A stretch of DNA of 37,428 nt from an uncultured Verrucomicrobiota bacterium (GCA_964548235.1 CAZJRV010000001.1:1-37428), one strand, 5' to 3'; shown: positions 17,949 through 26,138, counted from the stretch's first letter. Notes: a model not told the origin generated them from the letters alone. Program-made: numbers and translations.

Positions 17949-19586
17949 ATGGAACGCAAAGCATCATTGTGGGTCATTTTTCTGACCGTATTCATCGACC
18001 TGATTGGATTCGGGATCGTGCTGCCCGTACTGCCCCTTTTCGCAAAGTCCTACGGCGCCGCGGGCATCATTGCCGGCCTCATTGTCGCCTCCTACTCGCT
18101 GATGCAATTTCTCTTTGCCCCGTGGTGGGGAAGGTTGTCCGATCGCATCGGGCGGCGGCCGGTCCTGCTAATCAGCACTGCGGGAGCGTGCATCTCCTAT
18201 GTGTTGTTTGCGCTGGCGTGTTATTATGAATCGTTGTGGGGATTGCTTGCCTCGCGCATGGCGGCTGGCGTGTGCGGCGCAAACCTATCGGTGGCCAGTG
18301 CGTACATCGCCGATGTGTCGCCGCCGGAAGATCGTTCCAAGCGCATGGGGCTCATCGGAATGGCCTTCGGCCTGGGCTTCATCGTGGGGCCAGCGCTGGG
18401 AGCTTTGAGCGCGGAATGGTTTGGTGTGACCGGTCCCGGCTGGACGGCTGCCAGCATTTGCGGGATAAACCTGATCCTCGCCTATTTCATCCTGGGTGAA
18501 AGCCGGCGGCCCGAAAGCGATCCTGTCCCGCCGCCGCCGCGCTTGCAGCAGGTGGCACGCGTACTCAAGCGTAAACAACTTGCCTGTCTTATGGGTGTGT
18601 TTTTTATGGCTACGTTTTGCTTTACTTGTTTTGAATCCACCTTTGTGGTCACGTTTGCAGGGGAGAAAAGGGCCGGGAACGGGTTTGAATTTAGCCGTGA
18701 GTTGAGTGCGGAGTACAGGGAAAATCAAATTACCGAGATCCAATGGCATGTGAATCCGGGTGACGAAGTGCGAAAAGGGGCGGCCGTTTGCACGCTGGTT
18801 GCCTTTTCCACAGCACCCACCTCCACCTACGTTTTAAGCGCCCCCAAAAGCGGCAAAATTCATTTCACAAAAATACGATGGCTGCCACCGGACGGCAAAC
18901 TTGCCTCGATAGATTATACGCGCACCATCGCATATTATTTGATGGTATTTTGTGGGCTGATTGGCGCGGTCATTCAGGGGAAATGCATCGGGCCTTTGGT
19001 GAACTGGCTGGGCGAAAAATGGCTGATCGTTTCCGGGTTGGCGTTGCTCGGGGTGAGCCTGGCTTGGTTGCCCCAGGAACATGCGCCACACTTATATTTG
19101 CTGTTGGGCGCGCTGGCATTATTTTCCATCAGTTCCAGCGTGTACCGCGCCCCGACTTACGGGCTGATTTCCCTGAACGCCGGGCCGAATGAGCAGGGCG
19201 AAGTAATGGGTGTCACCCAGAGCATAGGTAGCCTGGCGCGGATCATTGGGCCCTTGTTTGCGTTGGGATTGCTGGATGCGTCCATTCGCCTGCCGTATTA
19301 TATTTGTGCTGTCATCGCCGTGGCAGCAGCTATCATTGCGGGAATGTTCCTGAAACCCGCCGACAAGGCTGCCTTGGCTGCCGAAGCCAGGCTTCGGGAT
19401 AAAGAGGTGAAGGACGGTGATCACAATCCTCAACGGATCAATTTGCGCGGGAAATCTAGCGACACGTTGGCCACAGATGAAGCGGTGGAAACGGATGCTC
19501 CCAAGCGAATCAATTTGCGCGCCAAGCCGACGGATCACGAGGATTCTAGTTCGGACAATGATCCGGAGGACAAGGCCGTAGAATGA
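17949..19586 (+). CDS. MFS transporter (DHA1/Tet-like drug:H+ antiporter family) with an atypical loop insertion and a C-terminal extension
   Basis: 545 aa. Motif A GRLSDRIGRRP, motif C GLIGMAFGLGFIVGPALG, and 12 hydrophobic segments. It is about 130 aa longer than typical relatives because of an 88-aa TM7-TM8 loop and a ~75-aa hydrophilic tail. Confidence 0.85.
   Translation: MERKASLWVIFLTVFIDLIGFGIVLPVLPLFAKSYGAAGIIAGLIVASYSLMQFLFAPWWGRLSDRIGRRPVLLISTAGACISYVLFALACYYESLWGLLASRMAAGVCGANLSVASAYIADVSPPEDRSKRMGLIGMAFGLGFIVGPALGALSAEWFGVTGPGWTAASICGINLILAYFILGESRRPESDPVPPPPRLQQVARVLKRKQLACLMGVFFMATFCFTCFESTFVVTFAGEKRAGNGFEFSRELSAEYRENQITEIQWHVNPGDEVRKGAAVCTLVAFSTAPTSTYVLSAPKSGKIHFTKIRWLPPDGKLASIDYTRTIAYYLMVFCGLIGAVIQGKCIGPLVNWLGEKWLIVSGLALLGVSLAWLPQEHAPHLYLLLGALALFSISSSVYRAPTYGLISLNAGPNEQGEVMGVTQSIGSLARIIGPLFALGLLDASIRLPYYICAVIAVAAAIIAGMFLKPADKAALAAEARLRDKEVKDGDHNPQRINLRGKSSDTLATDEAVETDAPKRINLRAKPTDHEDSSSDNDPEDKAVE
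18729..18917 (+). other. Lipoyl/biotinyl-like (barrel-sandwich hybrid) sequence pattern inside the TM7-TM8 loop of the MFS transporter, lacking the modifiable lysine
   Basis: ITEIQWHVNPGDEVRKGAAVCTLVAFSTAPTSTYVLSAPKSGKIHFTKIRWLPPDGKLASIDY follows the pattern W.V..GD.V..G..l..l....(K)....v.aP.sG.i..i......G..la.I of lipoyl domains and adaptor Biotin_lipoyl_2 domains. This is a by-eye pattern match only. Confidence 0.45.
19437..19521 (+). repeat. Direct 13-nt repeat ATCAATTTGCGCG, two copies 72 nt apart, encoding a duplicated RINLR(G/A)K motif in the MFS tail
   Basis: Identical 13-mers at 19437-19449 and 19509-19521. In protein: PQRINLRGKSS...24 aa...PKRINLRAKPT. Confidence 0.8.
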
Positions 19587-20242
19587 TTCGCAATGTTCTA
19601 TTTGACTGGTCCGGAACCCTCGTGGACGATTTGTCGGCTGTGTGGCGTGCCACAAACTTCACGTTTACCCAATCCGGCCGGGCGGAAATGAGCCTTGAGG
19701 AATTTCGCGAGGAATTCAGTTTACCGTTCGATCAATTTTACGAGCGTGTCACCCCCGCCGTTCCTTTGGCTCAACTCGAGGAATGGTACAAGCAGAGCTT
19801 CGCCCATGAACAAAAAACAATCAAACCGCTGCCGCATGCGCGAGCGTTCTTTGATTTTTGCAAATCAAACGGTTTGCGCACTTTTTTGCTGAGCACCATT
19901 CATCCGGATCATTATCGCGAACAATCTGCGCGCATCCCTTTTGCATTCGATCACGCATACGTGCGCGTGATGGATAAATGCGAGGGGATTCCCAAAATTA
20001 TTGATGAGCAAAGATTGCGTGTGGATGAGACAATTTTCATTGGCGACATGCAGCATGATGTGGAAGCGGCCCGGGCCGGCGGTGTCCATTCCTGCGCCGT
20101 GCTCACCGGCTACAATTGCCGAGCGCAATTGGAGGAGGCAGAACCGGAAATCATCGTCGAGCACTTGGGGCAATTGCAGCAATTGCTGGAACGATCCCAA
20201 TTGGAATGGCCCGTATCCGAGAATTTGGCGATCCATGAATGA
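19583..20242 (+). CDS. HAD-superfamily hydrolase (subfamily IA-like) with non-canonical motif I
   Basis: 219 aa. Motif I is LFDWSGTLVDD (D-x-S instead of D-x-D), motif II is FLLST, motif IV is FIGDMQHDVEAA. The ATG overlaps the MFS stop (ATGA). Confidence 0.8.
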   Translation: MIRNVLFDWSGTLVDDLSAVWRATNFTFTQSGRAEMSLEEFREEFSLPFDQFYERVTPAVPLAQLEEWYKQSFAHEQKTIKPLPHARAFFDFCKSNGLRTFLLSTIHPDHYREQSARIPFAFDHAYVRVMDKCEGIPKIIDEQRLRVDETIFIGDMQHDVEAARAGGVHSCAVLTGYNCRAQLEEAEPEIIVEHLGQLQQLLERSQLEWPVSENLAIHE

Positions 20243-20585
20243 CACCATCACCATTGCCGACCTTGAGGTAAACGCCCACGTTGGCGTGCCGGATGAGGAA
20301 CGGGCAGTCCCGCAACGCTTGCAGGTCACCGTGGAAATGGAGCATCCATTCGCCAAAGCCGCTGCGGGTGATGCAATTGAGGCCACCATTGATTATCACG
20401 CCGTGGCGTTGGAGATGACTGAGATGGCGGAAGCCGGCGAATGGCGTTTGATTGAAAAATTTGCGGAGGATGCGGCGGAACGAATCCTAATAAAATTCCA
20501 ACCCGACTGCGTGCGGGTGGAGATTAAAAAATTTATTCTGCCACAAGTCCGCCATGTTTCCGTCCGAATCGAGCGACGTCGTTAG
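20235..20585 (+). CDS. folB: Dihydroneopterin aldolase
   Basis: 116 aa starting at ATG 20235, an 8-nt overlap with the HAD gene. ITIADLEVNAHVGVPDEERAVPQRLQVTVEM and IDYHAV match the FolB tunnelling-fold pattern, and the size is typical. Confidence 0.75.
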   Translation: MNDTITIADLEVNAHVGVPDEERAVPQRLQVTVEMEHPFAKAAAGDAIEATIDYHAVALEMTEMAEAGEWRLIEKFAEDAAERILIKFQPDCVRVEIKKFILPQVRHVSVRIERRR

Positions 20586-20590
20586 TCATT

Positions 20591-21979
20591 CTAATCCTTC
20601 GATTCGTTCTCCACTTTGGGCGGCACAAAAGGGCGGTTCTCGATGATCAACTCACGAATTTCACGCGGCTTCTTTTGGTGATGCGAGGCAAGCCCAGCGG
20701 CCAATCCGCTGACATACGCCGACGAGGCCGAAGTGCCGGTGACCGCGTAGGTGCGATTTCCAAAGCGCACCGGATGCGTTCCGCGCGCGGCCACATCGAT
20801 AAAATTACCGCGATTGGCATAAGCCGCCAGCTTGCCATTGGGTCGAGTGGCGGTGACGGCCATCACTTGCGGGTGGGCGGCCGGGAAATGGGGCGTGGTA
20901 ACCGGATCATTGCCGGCTGCGCCCACGAACAGCACGCCGTTGTCATGGTGGGTGGCGATGATGCGCTGGAGCAGTGAACTGGCCTGGTATCCGCCGAGGC
21001 TGAGGTTGATGATACTGGCACCCTGATTCACTGCCTCGGTAATACCATTGGCGATGTGGAATGAATTAGCGTTTCCCTTGGCTCCAAAAACATCCACCGG
21101 CAGAATACGGATGGGGCTGTTTTGCACGCCTAAATCCTTGTTACCCAAGCCGCGCAAAACAATGCCCGCCATCGATGTGCCATGGGTGGGAGAGTGGGCC
21201 GGGGGAGTGAAAGGGTCAGCCATCGAGAGTGTGGGCAAGAGAAATCCCGGCTGGTCAAGGCCCGCCGGTTGCACGGCAGTATCAATGAGCCCGATGATGA
21301 GCTGGCCCTTGGTGTCCACTTCCTCCGGGCGTACAGTGATGGGCAGCACGCCCGCGCCACCCGCCACGAGCACCGGCTGCGAAGGGCGCGGATACAAATG
21401 CACGTCATCAATAATATCGGTAACCCCAAGCTCGGCCATTGCCTGCCTTGCAGCGGCCATCGCGCGCGGGTCGGTGAATTTCAGCTGCGCCACGTTGGCG
21501 ATCTTGATGAATCCAAGCAGATCGGCATTAAAGCGCTTGGCCAGTGCCGCGGCGTCCTGTCCGGGGCGGAAAACAACTGCGAGCTGGTTGGAGAGCACTT
21601 TTGGTTTGGGGACAGGTTCAGCCATGGGTTCAGTGTCGGCTTTGATTAAGCCCTCGTGCACCTCCAGCTTTCCCGGTTCACCGGGTCGCGCGGTGAGGGT
21701 GTAGCGGAGGTCTCCCAGCAAAAAACGCAGGGCTTCGTCGACTGGCTTGGTTTTGAATTTCACCGAAACAGGGCGGTTGAGGCCCGGCTGTAGTCTTACC
21801 TGCCAGCCAGTTTCGCGCTGGATGCCTCCGAGCACTTCGACCAGTGTGGTGTCTTGCGCGTTCAAGCTGAGTTGCTTGCGAAATGAATTCCAGACGATCT
21901 CATTTTCCGCCCCGAAAACACCCCCGAGCAGAGACGGAAACAGCGAAAAACACAGTATGACACGGATTTTACAACTCAT
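20591..21979 (-). CDS. Secreted S8 (subtilisin-like) serine peptidase with an N-terminal STN-like domain
   Basis: Catalytic triad contexts IGLIDTAV (Asp), HGTSMAGIV (His) and GTSASSAYVSGLAA (Ser). The ATG at 21979 gives a signal peptide MSCKIRVILCFSLFPSLLGGVFGA; the track start at 22021 is a TTG. Confidence 0.8.
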   Translation of the reverse strand: MSCKIRVILCFSLFPSLLGGVFGAENEIVWNSFRKQLSLNAQDTTLVEVLGGIQRETGWQVRLQPGLNRPVSVKFKTKPVDEALRFLLGDLRYTLTARPGEPGKLEVHEGLIKADTEPMAEPVPKPKVLSNQLAVVFRPGQDAAALAKRFNADLLGFIKIANVAQLKFTDPRAMAAARQAMAELGVTDIIDDVHLYPRPSQPVLVAGGAGVLPITVRPEEVDTKGQLIIGLIDTAVQPAGLDQPGFLLPTLSMADPFTPPAHSPTHGTSMAGIVLRGLGNKDLGVQNSPIRILPVDVFGAKGNANSFHIANGITEAVNQGASIINLSLGGYQASSLLQRIIATHHDNGVLFVGAAGNDPVTTPHFPAAHPQVMAVTATRPNGKLAAYANRGNFIDVAARGTHPVRFGNRTYAVTGTSASSAYVSGLAAGLASHHQKKPREIRELIIENRPFVPPKVENESKD

Positions 21980-22069
21980 TTCTAGAGCGGAAGAATAGGC
22001 GAAACTATCCTGATTTTTCAATGTTTTTGGCTTGCGAGCCTTGAGAATTACCTGTTAATAACTCCACAC

Positions 22070-22828
22070 ATGGCTGCTATCGGACGATTCCAAAAAGGGG
22101 ACGACATCTTTTACGCCAAGGTAGTTGATGGCAAACTTTATAAATTGAAGGGGGATGTTTTCGGTTCACCTTCGTATTCCAAGCGCGCCATCAAGCCCAG
22201 TCGGAGCATCCGAACGCTGACACCGGTGGAGCCAAGCAAGGTCATCGCCGTGGGCCTCAACTACGCCGATCATGCTCGCGAATCGAATCTCAAGCCGCCG
22301 GTTCAACCGCTTTTTTGGCTGAAGGCACCCACTTCGCTTCTCGCCGATGGAAGCAAGATTGACCTGCCATTCCCAAGTCACCGCAATGATTACGAAGCGG
22401 AATTAGCCATCGTGATTGGCCGCCGCATGCGAAATGTGGCTCCCCAAGCGGCCGGACGCTACATCTTCGGGTATACGGCGGCGCAGGATATTAGTGATCG
22501 CGACATTCAAAACAGTGAAAGCCAATGGGCGCGCGCAAAGAGTTTCGATACCTTTACGCCGCTAGGCCCATACATTGAAACGAAATTGGATCCGCAAAAT
22601 CTGACCATCCAACTTTTTAGGAACGGCGAGCTTTGCCAAAACTCGCATACTGGGCAAATGATTTTTGATTGTTTTCACCTCGTGAGTTTCATCTCCACCA
22701 ATATGACACTGCTGCCGGGCGACGTCATCCTCACAGGCACACCCAGCGGGGTGGGGCCCATTGAAAGTGGCGATCGCCTCGAGGTGCGCATTGGAGATAT
22801 GCCCTCCCTTTGTAACACCGTAAAGTAA
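22070..22828 (+). CDS. Fumarylacetoacetate hydrolase (FAH) family protein
   Basis: 252 aa. VIAVGLNYADHA, YEAELAIVIG, KSFDTFTPLGP and LLPGDVILTGTPSGVG are FAH-fold signatures. Confidence 0.85.
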   Translation: MAAIGRFQKGDDIFYAKVVDGKLYKLKGDVFGSPSYSKRAIKPSRSIRTLTPVEPSKVIAVGLNYADHARESNLKPPVQPLFWLKAPTSLLADGSKIDLPFPSHRNDYEAELAIVIGRRMRNVAPQAAGRYIFGYTAAQDISDRDIQNSESQWARAKSFDTFTPLGPYIETKLDPQNLTIQLFRNGELCQNSHTGQMIFDCFHLVSFISTNMTLLPGDVILTGTPSGVGPIESGDRLEVRIGDMPSLCNTVK

Positions 22829-22881
22829 CGGTGAACTAGCCAAAGGTTGCCGTCACGCCCACTCTCCGCTATCACTGGCGC

Positions 22882-24588
22882 ATGCGCTGGACTGAAACGT
22901 TCATTCCCACCCTGAAGGAAGCTCCCGCCGAGGCGGAGATTCCTTCCCATCAACTTTTGCTTCGCGCCGGCTTGGTCCGCAAACTGGCTGGAGGACTGTA
23001 CACGTTTTTGCCCTCGGGCATTCGGGTCTTGCAAAAAATCGAGGCCATTGTGCGCGAGGAAATGGAGCGCGCGGGCGCGCTGGAAGTTTTGATGCCGGCC
23101 GTGCAACCCCCGGAAATCTGGAAGGCAAGCGGCCGATACGAGCAGGCCGCCGATGTTCTCTTTAAGGTGCGTGACAGCAAAAACCGCGAATGGTTGCTCG
23201 GGCCCACGCACGAGGAGGTGATCACCACGCTGGCCTCGACGGAGCTTCATTCCTACCGACAGACACCCGTCAACTTTTACCAAATCCAGACTAAATTTCG
23301 GGATGAGATTCGTCCGCGCTTTGGCCTGATGCGCGCGCGGGAGTTCATTATGAAAGACGCGTACAGCTTCGACGTTTCTGATGAAGCGGCCATGGTGAGT
23401 TACAAGAAAATGTACGATGCATACGTGCGCGTGTTCGCCCGGTGCGGCATGACTGCATTCCCCGTGGAGGCCGATACCGGTGTGATGGGCGGCAAGCATT
23501 CGCATGAATTCATGGTGCCTGCGCCCACAGGAGAAAGTGAAGTGGCCTACACCGAAGACGAAACGTACGCCGCCAATCTCGAGAAGGCCGTCAGCCAAGG
23601 TCCTAAAACCGCCTCGCCCAAGGAATGCACAGGGGAACTGGAAAAATTCGCCACACCGAAAGTAAAAACCATCGAAGACCTCGCGCAGTCACCATACAAC
23701 ATCGCCGCCGAGGGGCAAATTAAGACGCTCGTGTTCATCGCCGAAGACAAGCCGGCCATCGCATTGGTGCGCGGCGATGATCAAATTAATGAGGCCAAGC
23801 TTTGCGGCGCACTTGGTACAGCAATTTTTCGCCCTGCGGAACCAGAGGAAATCCATGCCGCCCTGGGCGCACATCCGGGCAGCCTGGGCGCGGTGGGTAT
23901 CCAAAGCATCCCTGTGTTTGCCGACGAACAACTCCGCAACACCGCGGGCATGACAACCGGCGCTAATGAAGACGGCTTCCACGTTCGCAACGTGAATGTC
24001 ACGCGCGACTTGCCGGAAGTGAAATGGTCAGATCTACGCACCATTCGTGAAGGCGAGTTGAGCGAAAATGGGCAGCCATTAAAAATTCAACGCGCGATTG
24101 AAGTTGGCCATGTTTTTAAGCTCGGCACCAAATATGCCGAGGCGCTCGATGCTCATTTCCTTGCGGAAGATGGCAAGCAATATCCATTCGTTATGGGTTG
24201 CTACGGGCTGGGCGTCACACGCACCCTGCAGGCCATCATCGAGTGCGGCAATGACGAGCACGGGGTGGTTTGGCCGCAAGCCGTCGCGCCCTGGCGGGTT
24301 TGCCTCACCGTGCTGGACATCGAGCCGGAGGGCGAAGTCATGCAGACCGCGCTGTCCATTTATGATGAATTGATTGCCGCCGGTGTGGAGGTGTTGATGG
24401 ACGACCGCGACCTGCGTCCCGGCGTCAAGTTCAAGGACTCCGAACTCATCGGCATTCCCGTTCGAGTGAGCGTGGGCGAACGCTCCCTCAAGGAAGGCAA
24501 CGTCGAATTCACGTTGCGCGCTGAAGGCAGTCGCGAAAAGATTCCCGTGTCACAGATCTTGGCGCGAGTTCAGGCGGCGTTGTGCTGA
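22882..24588 (+). CDS. proS: Proline-tRNA ligase (bacterial type with INS editing domain)
   Basis: 568 aa. HQLLLRAGLVRKLAGGLYTFLP, FRDEIRPRFGLMRAREFIMKDAYSF and GCYGLGVTR are class II ProRS motifs. Confidence 0.95.
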   Translation: MRWTETFIPTLKEAPAEAEIPSHQLLLRAGLVRKLAGGLYTFLPSGIRVLQKIEAIVREEMERAGALEVLMPAVQPPEIWKASGRYEQAADVLFKVRDSKNREWLLGPTHEEVITTLASTELHSYRQTPVNFYQIQTKFRDEIRPRFGLMRAREFIMKDAYSFDVSDEAAMVSYKKMYDAYVRVFARCGMTAFPVEADTGVMGGKHSHEFMVPAPTGESEVAYTEDETYAANLEKAVSQGPKTASPKECTGELEKFATPKVKTIEDLAQSPYNIAAEGQIKTLVFIAEDKPAIALVRGDDQINEAKLCGALGTAIFRPAEPEEIHAALGAHPGSLGAVGIQSIPVFADEQLRNTAGMTTGANEDGFHVRNVNVTRDLPEVKWSDLRTIREGELSENGQPLKIQRAIEVGHVFKLGTKYAEALDAHFLAEDGKQYPFVMGCYGLGVTRTLQAIIECGNDEHGVVWPQAVAPWRVCLTVLDIEPEGEVMQTALSIYDELIAAGVEVLMDDRDLRPGVKFKDSELIGIPVRVSVGERSLKEGNVEFTLRAEGSREKIPVSQILARVQAALC

Positions 24589-25715
24589 TGTTCACGCTGC
24601 ATCAAACGGATGGGGAAGCACGGCGCGGAACGCTTCTCACCGCGCACGGAGAAATCGAAACGCCCATGTTCATGCCCGTGGGCACGCGAGCCACGGTTAA
24701 GACTCTCGATTCCCGTGATCTCCACCATCTAGAAACACAAATTATACTTGGGAATACTTATCATCTAAACCTGCGCCCCGGCTCGGAAACCATCCGTGCT
24801 GCAGGAGGCCTGCACGCCTTCATGGGCTGGGACAAGCCCATTCTCACCGATAGCGGCGGGTTTCAGGTTTTTAGCTTGGCGAAGATGGCGAAGGTCACGG
24901 ATGACGGCGTGGCGTTCCAATCGCACATCGACGGCTCCTCTCTTTTCCTCGGCCCAAAAGAAGCGATGGCCATCCAGCGCGATTTGGGAAGCGACATCGC
25001 GATGGTGTTTGATGATTGCCCGCCGTATCCTGCCGAGCGCGATCGCGTCGAAGCCGCTGTAGTTCGAACCGCGCGGTGGGCTGCCGAATGTTGGGAGCAA
25101 CCGCGCGCGGAGGGCCAGTTGGTGTTCGGCATTGTACAGGGAGGTTGCCACGCCGACTTGCGGGAGCGCAGTGCGGCGGACATTACGGGATTGGATTTTG
25201 ACGGTTATGCCATCGGCGGCCTCAGCGTGGGCGAGCCGGAACCGGAGATGCTCGTGATAGCGGAGCACACCGCACCATCGTTGCCCACCGACAAGCCGCG
25301 TTACGCAATGGGCTTGGGGACACCGGCGCAATTGGTGGAACTGGTGGCGCGTGGGATGGATTTGTTTGATTGCGTACTGCCCACGCGCCTGGCCCGCAAT
25401 GGCACGGCATTTACATACGACGGCGCATTCGGCCTCAAAGGCGCGGCGTATCGTGAGGATTTCACGCCCATCGAGGCTGATTGCGATTGTTTCACGTGCA
25501 CGCATCATACGCGGGCATATGTGCGCCATTTGCTTAATGTCGATGAAATCCTTGGCCTTCGATTGCTTACTTTGCACAATTTACGTCTGTATATTCGGTT
25601 AATGAGCGAAATGCGCGAGCACATCAGGGCGGGCACATTTGGCGAGTTTCGGGCGGAGTTCGCCACTCGATACAAACCCACCAGCCGCGTGGCGGAGCAG
25701 CGAAAAAATGCATAA
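24588..25715 (+). CDS. tgt: tRNA-guanine transglycosylase (queuine tRNA-ribosyltransferase)
   Basis: TPMFMPVGT, LTDSGGFQV, GLSVGEP and the Zn site CDCFTCTHHTRAYVRHL. I prefer ATG 24588 (TGATG junction with proS) over the upstream GTG 24582. Confidence 0.95.
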   Translation: MFTLHQTDGEARRGTLLTAHGEIETPMFMPVGTRATVKTLDSRDLHHLETQIILGNTYHLNLRPGSETIRAAGGLHAFMGWDKPILTDSGGFQVFSLAKMAKVTDDGVAFQSHIDGSSLFLGPKEAMAIQRDLGSDIAMVFDDCPPYPAERDRVEAAVVRTARWAAECWEQPRAEGQLVFGIVQGGCHADLRERSAADITGLDFDGYAIGGLSVGEPEPEMLVIAEHTAPSLPTDKPRYAMGLGTPAQLVELVARGMDLFDCVLPTRLARNGTAFTYDGAFGLKGAAYREDFTPIEADCDCFTCTHHTRAYVRHLLNVDEILGLRLLTLHNLRLYIRLMSEMREHIRAGTFGEFRAEFATRYKPTSRVAEQRKNA

Positions 25716-25789
25716 TTCCACCGAAATTAGGCAGGAAAAGCTTGCCATCGAGAGCTTAATCCATAGTCTTTGCCGTCTTATTTTTGACT

Positions 25790-26134
25790 ATGGAAAACCT
25801 AATTAGTGACGTGTGGCTCGCAATGGCGGGCGGGGGTGGGGGCAGTCAACCGGCTTCCGGCAAGGATGCGCTCATTCAAATGCTATGCATGTTCGGGCCT
25901 TTGTTTGCCATCATGTATGTGCTTATCATTCGGCCGCAAAGCCAACAACGGAAGAAGTTGGAGGCGATGGTGAAGGAGCTGAAGCCGGGCGACAAAGTGA
26001 TCGCCGCGGGCATCGTGGGCACGGTGGTGACTGTGAAGGACAAAAGCGTGACGCTCCGCTCGGGTGATTCCAAGATCGAGGTCAGTAAAGCCGCCGTTGA
26101 AGCAATGGTGGATGAGGACGCGGACAAGGATTAA
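25790..26134 (+). CDS. yajC: Preprotein translocase subunit YajC
   Basis: About 114 aa. A single TM, then IIRPQSQQRKKLEAMVKELKPGDKVIAAGIVGTVVTV, the canonical YajC core. ATG at 25790; the track start at 25784 is a TTG. Confidence 0.85.
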   Translation: MENLISDVWLAMAGGGGGSQPASGKDALIQMLCMFGPLFAIMYVLIIRPQSQQRKKLEAMVKELKPGDKVIAAGIVGTVVTVKDKSVTLRSGDSKIEVSKAAVEAMVDEDADKD

Positions 26135-26138
26135 TTTC

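Noticed and set aside
22847-22875. Candidate promoters read by eye: TTGCCG-N17-TATCAC ending 6 nt before the proS ATG (which would imply a leaderless mRNA), and TTGCGA-N17-TTAATA at 22032-22060 upstream of the FAH gene.
   Set aside because: Hexamer matches of this quality occur by chance, and I cannot score them against a background or against this organism's promoter consensus. The evidence is too weak to report as features.
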